A stretch of DNA of 20,000 nt from an uncultured virus (IMG/VR IMGVR_UViG_3300005678_000009) (Duplodnaviria > Heunggongvirae > Uroviricota > Caudoviricetes): positions 51,843 to 71,842 of the IMG/VR virus record IMGVR_UViG_3300005678_000009; one strand, 5' to 3'. The notes below the pieces were generated by a model. It ran no database searches. It worked only from the letters and a program-made list of their open reading frames with translations, and had not been told where the DNA came from. The position numbers and the translations under genes were made by a program. Shown here piece after piece: positions 17,120-20,000 of the stretch (position 1 is the first letter of the stretch; the number at the start of each line of letters is the position of its first letter).

Positions 17120-17725
17120 ATGAAACTTTGTACAAAATGTAATAATCACAAGCCTTTAGAATGTTTTTCTAAAGATAAAAAAAGACCTGATGGTCTACAA
17201 CTATCTTGTAAGGATTGTCAACGTCTTTATTACCTTAAAAATCAAGAAAAGATTAAGAAATACAAAGACTTAAACAAAAATTCTAAGCAACAGTATGATT
17301 TGACGTATAGATCTGCAAATAAAGAAGCCATTCGCTTAAAAGATCAAATCTATTACAATAGCCATAAAGATGCTATTAAAAATAGAGTGATGGGGTGGCA
17401 AGCAGCACAACCTAAGGGCGGTCACTATCACATTGCAAAAAATTTAAGAGATCGACTAAGAAAAGCTGTTCAAAAAGATCAAAAAAATGGCTCGGCTATT
17501 GATAACCTTGGCTGTTCCATTACTGACTTTAAAAAACATATTGAATCTAAATTTGACAATGAAATGAATTGGAACAATTATGGTTTTAGTGGTTGGCATA
17601 TTGACCATATCAAACCATTAAATACTTTTGATTTAACATCTCCAGAAGAATTTAAAAAAGCGTGTCATTATAGTAATTTACAACCATTGTGGGCTATTGA
17701 TAACCTAACAAAGGCTAAAAAATGA
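17120..17725 (+). CDS. Free-standing HNH-family (H-N-N) homing endonuclease with N-terminal CxxC..CxxC zinc finger
   Basis: CTKC...CKDC; charged helical linker; 'LGCSITDFKKHIESKF...MNWNNYG..WHIDHIKP...CHYSNLQPLWAIDNLTK' nuclease domain common in large phages and giant viruses. ATG at 17120 preferred over GTG at 17072. Confidence 0.85.
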   Translation: MKLCTKCNNHKPLECFSKDKKRPDGLQLSCKDCQRLYYLKNQEKIKKYKDLNKNSKQQYDLTYRSANKEAIRLKDQIYYNSHKDAIKNRVMGWQAAQPKGGHYHIAKNLRDRLRKAVQKDQKNGSAIDNLGCSITDFKKHIESKFDNEMNWNNYGFSGWHIDHIKPLNTFDLTSPEEFKKACHYSNLQPLWAIDNLTKAKK

Positions 17726-17910
17726 GTAAAATGATGGCAAGACGAAGAAAAGCGAAAAAAACACGCAAAACTTTGTCTAACCTAATGAAATCGCTAGAGA
17801 ATATCAAACCAAGGGTGCCCGTTCCACCTACCGGCGTCGCTTTTGGGTCCATAAAAGACTATAATAGGAAAGATAACAAAAAGGCTATTAGAGAAGGTTT
17901 GGATGATTGA
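17722..17910 (+). CDS. Small highly basic hypothetical protein, 62 aa
   Basis: ATGA overlap with the HNH stop; K/R-rich. Confidence 0.6.
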   Translation: MSKMMARRRKAKKTRKTLSNLMKSLENIKPRVPVPPTGVAFGSIKDYNRKDNKKAIREGLDD

Positions 17911-18088
17911 CAACGACATTTTGATTATGATTTCGATGAGTATGTCTTTCGCCGTTGGGCTTTCCCTGGTACCATTAGCAGTAATAACGTACATCACAGC
18001 TCTAAAATTTTATCGAGCGAATAGGAATAGGAAAGTTGATGAGAAGAGGCGCAAAACCTTCAAAATCGTCCAAGGAAGCAAAAAATAA
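17903..18088 (+). CDS. Small single-pass membrane protein, 61 aa
   Basis: Hydrophobic segment ILIMISMSMSFAVGLSLVPLAVITYITAL followed by a basic tail; overlaps both neighbours; GAAGG upstream. Confidence 0.55.
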   Translation: MIDNDILIMISMSMSFAVGLSLVPLAVITYITALKFYRANRNRKVDEKRRKTFKIVQGSKK

Positions 18089-19277
18089 CAACAAACAAAA
18101 GGAAAAAGTCTACGTTGTAGATACCAATGTTATTATTCATGACCCAAACATCCTAAAAAAATTAAAAGGTAGAGTTTTCGTTCCTACCACCGTTTTATCC
18201 GAGCTTGATAAGCATAAAAGCGGACATTCTGAAAAAGCGCGAAACATTCGTGAGTTTGCCAGATATATCGAAAAAAATCCTAAAAAAATGTGGTTGCACA
18301 ACTCTTCTGAGTACGAAGGGACATGTGACGAACAAATCATTACCAGTGCCATTCGACTTGGTCAAAATGGTTTTGATGTAACCCTAATCACAAATGACAT
18401 CTTGATGGGTGTCATTGCTCGCGGATTTGGTGTTAAACTTGAACGTCACGAGCTAATTGAATCTTCCATTGACATGCCCTACAAAGGTGTATTAGCCGGT
18501 CTTGATGCGGAGAATGAAAAGGCTAAACTCCGCAAAGGCAAAGAATTAAATAAATATCTTGCTCTTCACGATGGTATTTATCGCCACACAAATGACGGCC
18601 TTAAAAAACTCCCAAAAGATTTTCAAGTTTGGGGAATTGGACACAAAAATCTTGAACAAAGATGCTCACTTGACGCACTTTTAGACCCTAAAGTAAAACT
18701 TGTTACCTTAACTGGACGTGCTGGTACAGGTAAAACATTAATGGCTATTCTTGGTGGTTTACACGCTGTTTTGGAAGAACAAAGCCATAAGCGTTTGCTT
18801 GTGGCTAGACCTGCAATTCCAATGGGTCAAGATCTTGGTTATTTACCAGGAAATATGGAGGAGAAGCTGGCTCCATGGATGCAACCCATCATCGACAACA
18901 TCGAATTCGTTTTTGACAATGGTGCCAATGGACGTGGGAAAAGTGCATGGCATGATATGCTCACCAATGGTATTTTAAAAATGGAGTCTCTAGGTCATAT
19001 CCGTGGTCGAAGTATTCCAAATGAATATATTATCATTGACGAAGCTCAAAATCTTACCCGCCATGAAGTAAAAACAATTATCTCACGCGCAGGCGAAAAC
19101 ACTAAAATTATTCTAACTGGAGATTTACAACAAATCGACAACCCTAAGGTTGATTCAATCAGCAATGGTCTTGCTTATGTGATCGACAAATTCAAAGACC
19201 AAGAGATTGCTGCACACATCCATTTTTCTAAATGTGAGAGATCGGAATTGGCTGAGTTGGCATCTGAGTTACTGTAG
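18039..19277 (+). CDS. phoH: PIN-PhoH fusion protein (PhoH2/YlaK-like RNase-ATPase)
   Basis: PIN acidic residues VVDTN, SELD, DEQII, TND; PhoH motifs GRAGTGKT (Walker A), RPAIPMGQDLGYLPG, RGRS, IIIDEAQN (Walker B), GDLQQID, ERSELA. Start is TTG 18036 or ATG 18039. Confidence 0.93.
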   Translation: MRRGAKPSKSSKEAKNNNKQKEKVYVVDTNVIIHDPNILKKLKGRVFVPTTVLSELDKHKSGHSEKARNIREFARYIEKNPKKMWLHNSSEYEGTCDEQIITSAIRLGQNGFDVTLITNDILMGVIARGFGVKLERHELIESSIDMPYKGVLAGLDAENEKAKLRKGKELNKYLALHDGIYRHTNDGLKKLPKDFQVWGIGHKNLEQRCSLDALLDPKVKLVTLTGRAGTGKTLMAILGGLHAVLEEQSHKRLLVARPAIPMGQDLGYLPGNMEEKLAPWMQPIIDNIEFVFDNGANGRGKSAWHDMLTNGILKMESLGHIRGRSIPNEYIIIDEAQNLTRHEVKTIISRAGENTKIILTGDLQQIDNPKVDSISNGLAYVIDKFKDQEIAAHIHFSKCERSELAELASELL

Positions 19278-19282
19278 GATAA

Positions 19283-19561
19283 ATGGATACTCAAGAAATA
19301 GCCGGAATGGTGTATCATAAATTAAAGGGTGCCAATGTATACAGCGAACTAAACGACAGTGCGCTGTATAAAACTATCCATGCATACATAAAACGTGTAT
19401 ATGAAAAACATCTTTACGATGCTCAAAAGAAATTAAGGGCTGAAGAAGTAGAAGGTGTTATCCCAAGCACTAAAAAGTACGAAGCGGCCTATGCTAAAAT
19501 CGAAGAGGCTGTTTTATTAGAAGCTAATAAATTAGCAGCTATAGAAAAATCTGATCTTTAA
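19283..19561 (+). CDS. Hypothetical helical protein, 92 aa
   Basis: AGGA RBS overlapping the phoH stop; its stop overlaps the convergent stop (TTAA, 19558-19561). Confidence 0.7.
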   Translation: MDTQEIAGMVYHKLKGANVYSELNDSALYKTIHAYIKRVYEKHLYDAQKKLRAEEVEGVIPSTKKYEAAYAKIEEAVLLEANKLAAIEKSDL

Positions 19562-20000
19562 AGAACTTTGTAAAGACGTGCTAATTCATTTTGGCGATAT
19601 TTTTGTGGAATCTTATCAGCAAGATAAATCGTATTCCCCTGCACATTAACAATAGTGGTTTGAATTTCTTCTTGACCATCAGCACATACATAGACTGTAT
19701 TTCCAACAGAAAAACCAGCGCCATTCAATACATGAATTGTTGCTGTCCCAGTTGCAGGTGCTCTAAAAGCCGAACAAACCATAACAGAAGCATAAACAGC
19801 TGCTGTATTATCATTTGAATCTTTAGCCTGTCCTTGAGCTGCCTGTCCACGCTGTAAGCCTTTAAGCTTAGTCAAAGAACCACCCATAACATTTAAACGA
19901 GTGTTGATAATCTTCATTCGCTGCCCATAAAAACCAGTAGTGGCGGTTAAAGAACCATCGGTCAAATTTTGAACAATTGTGCCAAGATTCGTATTTAATT
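19558..20000 (-). CDS. C-terminal part of a probable virion structural protein (start lies beyond the window)
   Basis: Frame stays open upstream of the TTG at 19965 (..LNTNLGTIVQNLTDGS..). Ends in a beta module, 'TIHVLNGAGFSVGNTVYV..EE..TIVNVQGNTIYL', like those in the neighbouring baseplate proteins. Confidence 0.7.
   Translation of the reverse strand, partial: LNTNLGTIVQNLTDGSLTATTGFYGQRMKIINTRLNVMGGSLTKLKGLQRGQAAQGQAKDSNDNTAAVYASVMVCSAFRAPATGTATIHVLNGAGFSVGNTVYVCADGQEEIQTTIVNVQGNTIYLADKIPQKYRQNELARLYKVL

Noticed and set aside
1714..19818. Short alternative-frame and antisense ORFs in the track (e.g. 1714-1977, 2406-2690, 3659-3910, 6259-6489, 8460-8672, 13284-13604, 18137-18352, 19591-19818)
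   Set aside because: Nested within longer well-supported genes, with shadow-ORF composition and no recognisable motifs.
1..20000. Stop-codon reassignment, as in some large phages
   Set aside because: Very long ORFs are intact under code 11, and TAA, TAG and TGA all end genes at sensible domain boundaries.
1..20000. CRISPR array, tRNA, group I/II intron, intein, DGR or invertible fibre cassette
   Set aside because: Intergenic space is minimal; I saw no spaced repeat array, cloverleaf, split gene, intein motifs, reverse transcriptase or invertase.

Overview
AT-rich, densely coding window from a large tailed phage (myovirus-like, standard genetic code). Most of the minus strand is a virion tail/baseplate module. 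In transcription order it holds an 893-aa tube-initiator/LysM/gp25-like fusion, a 1987-aa baseplate J/gp6-like wedge, a 539-aa gpI/gp7-like wedge, a tail-tube-like protein, a 926-aa fibre/baseplate appendage, a small cement-like protein and a truncated fibre protein. Two free-standing homing endonucleases (GIY-YIG; Zn-finger HNH) and two plus-strand islands of non-structural genes interrupt it; one island carries a PIN-PhoH gene. The most notable unexplained signal is a recurring oriented motif, RCAATCTT(T)A, found shortly upstream of five structural-gene starts and the HNH start. It includes a tandem pair and a back-to-back inverted pair, and is a candidate phage-specific late promoter. All product calls come from reading motifs by eye, without database searches.
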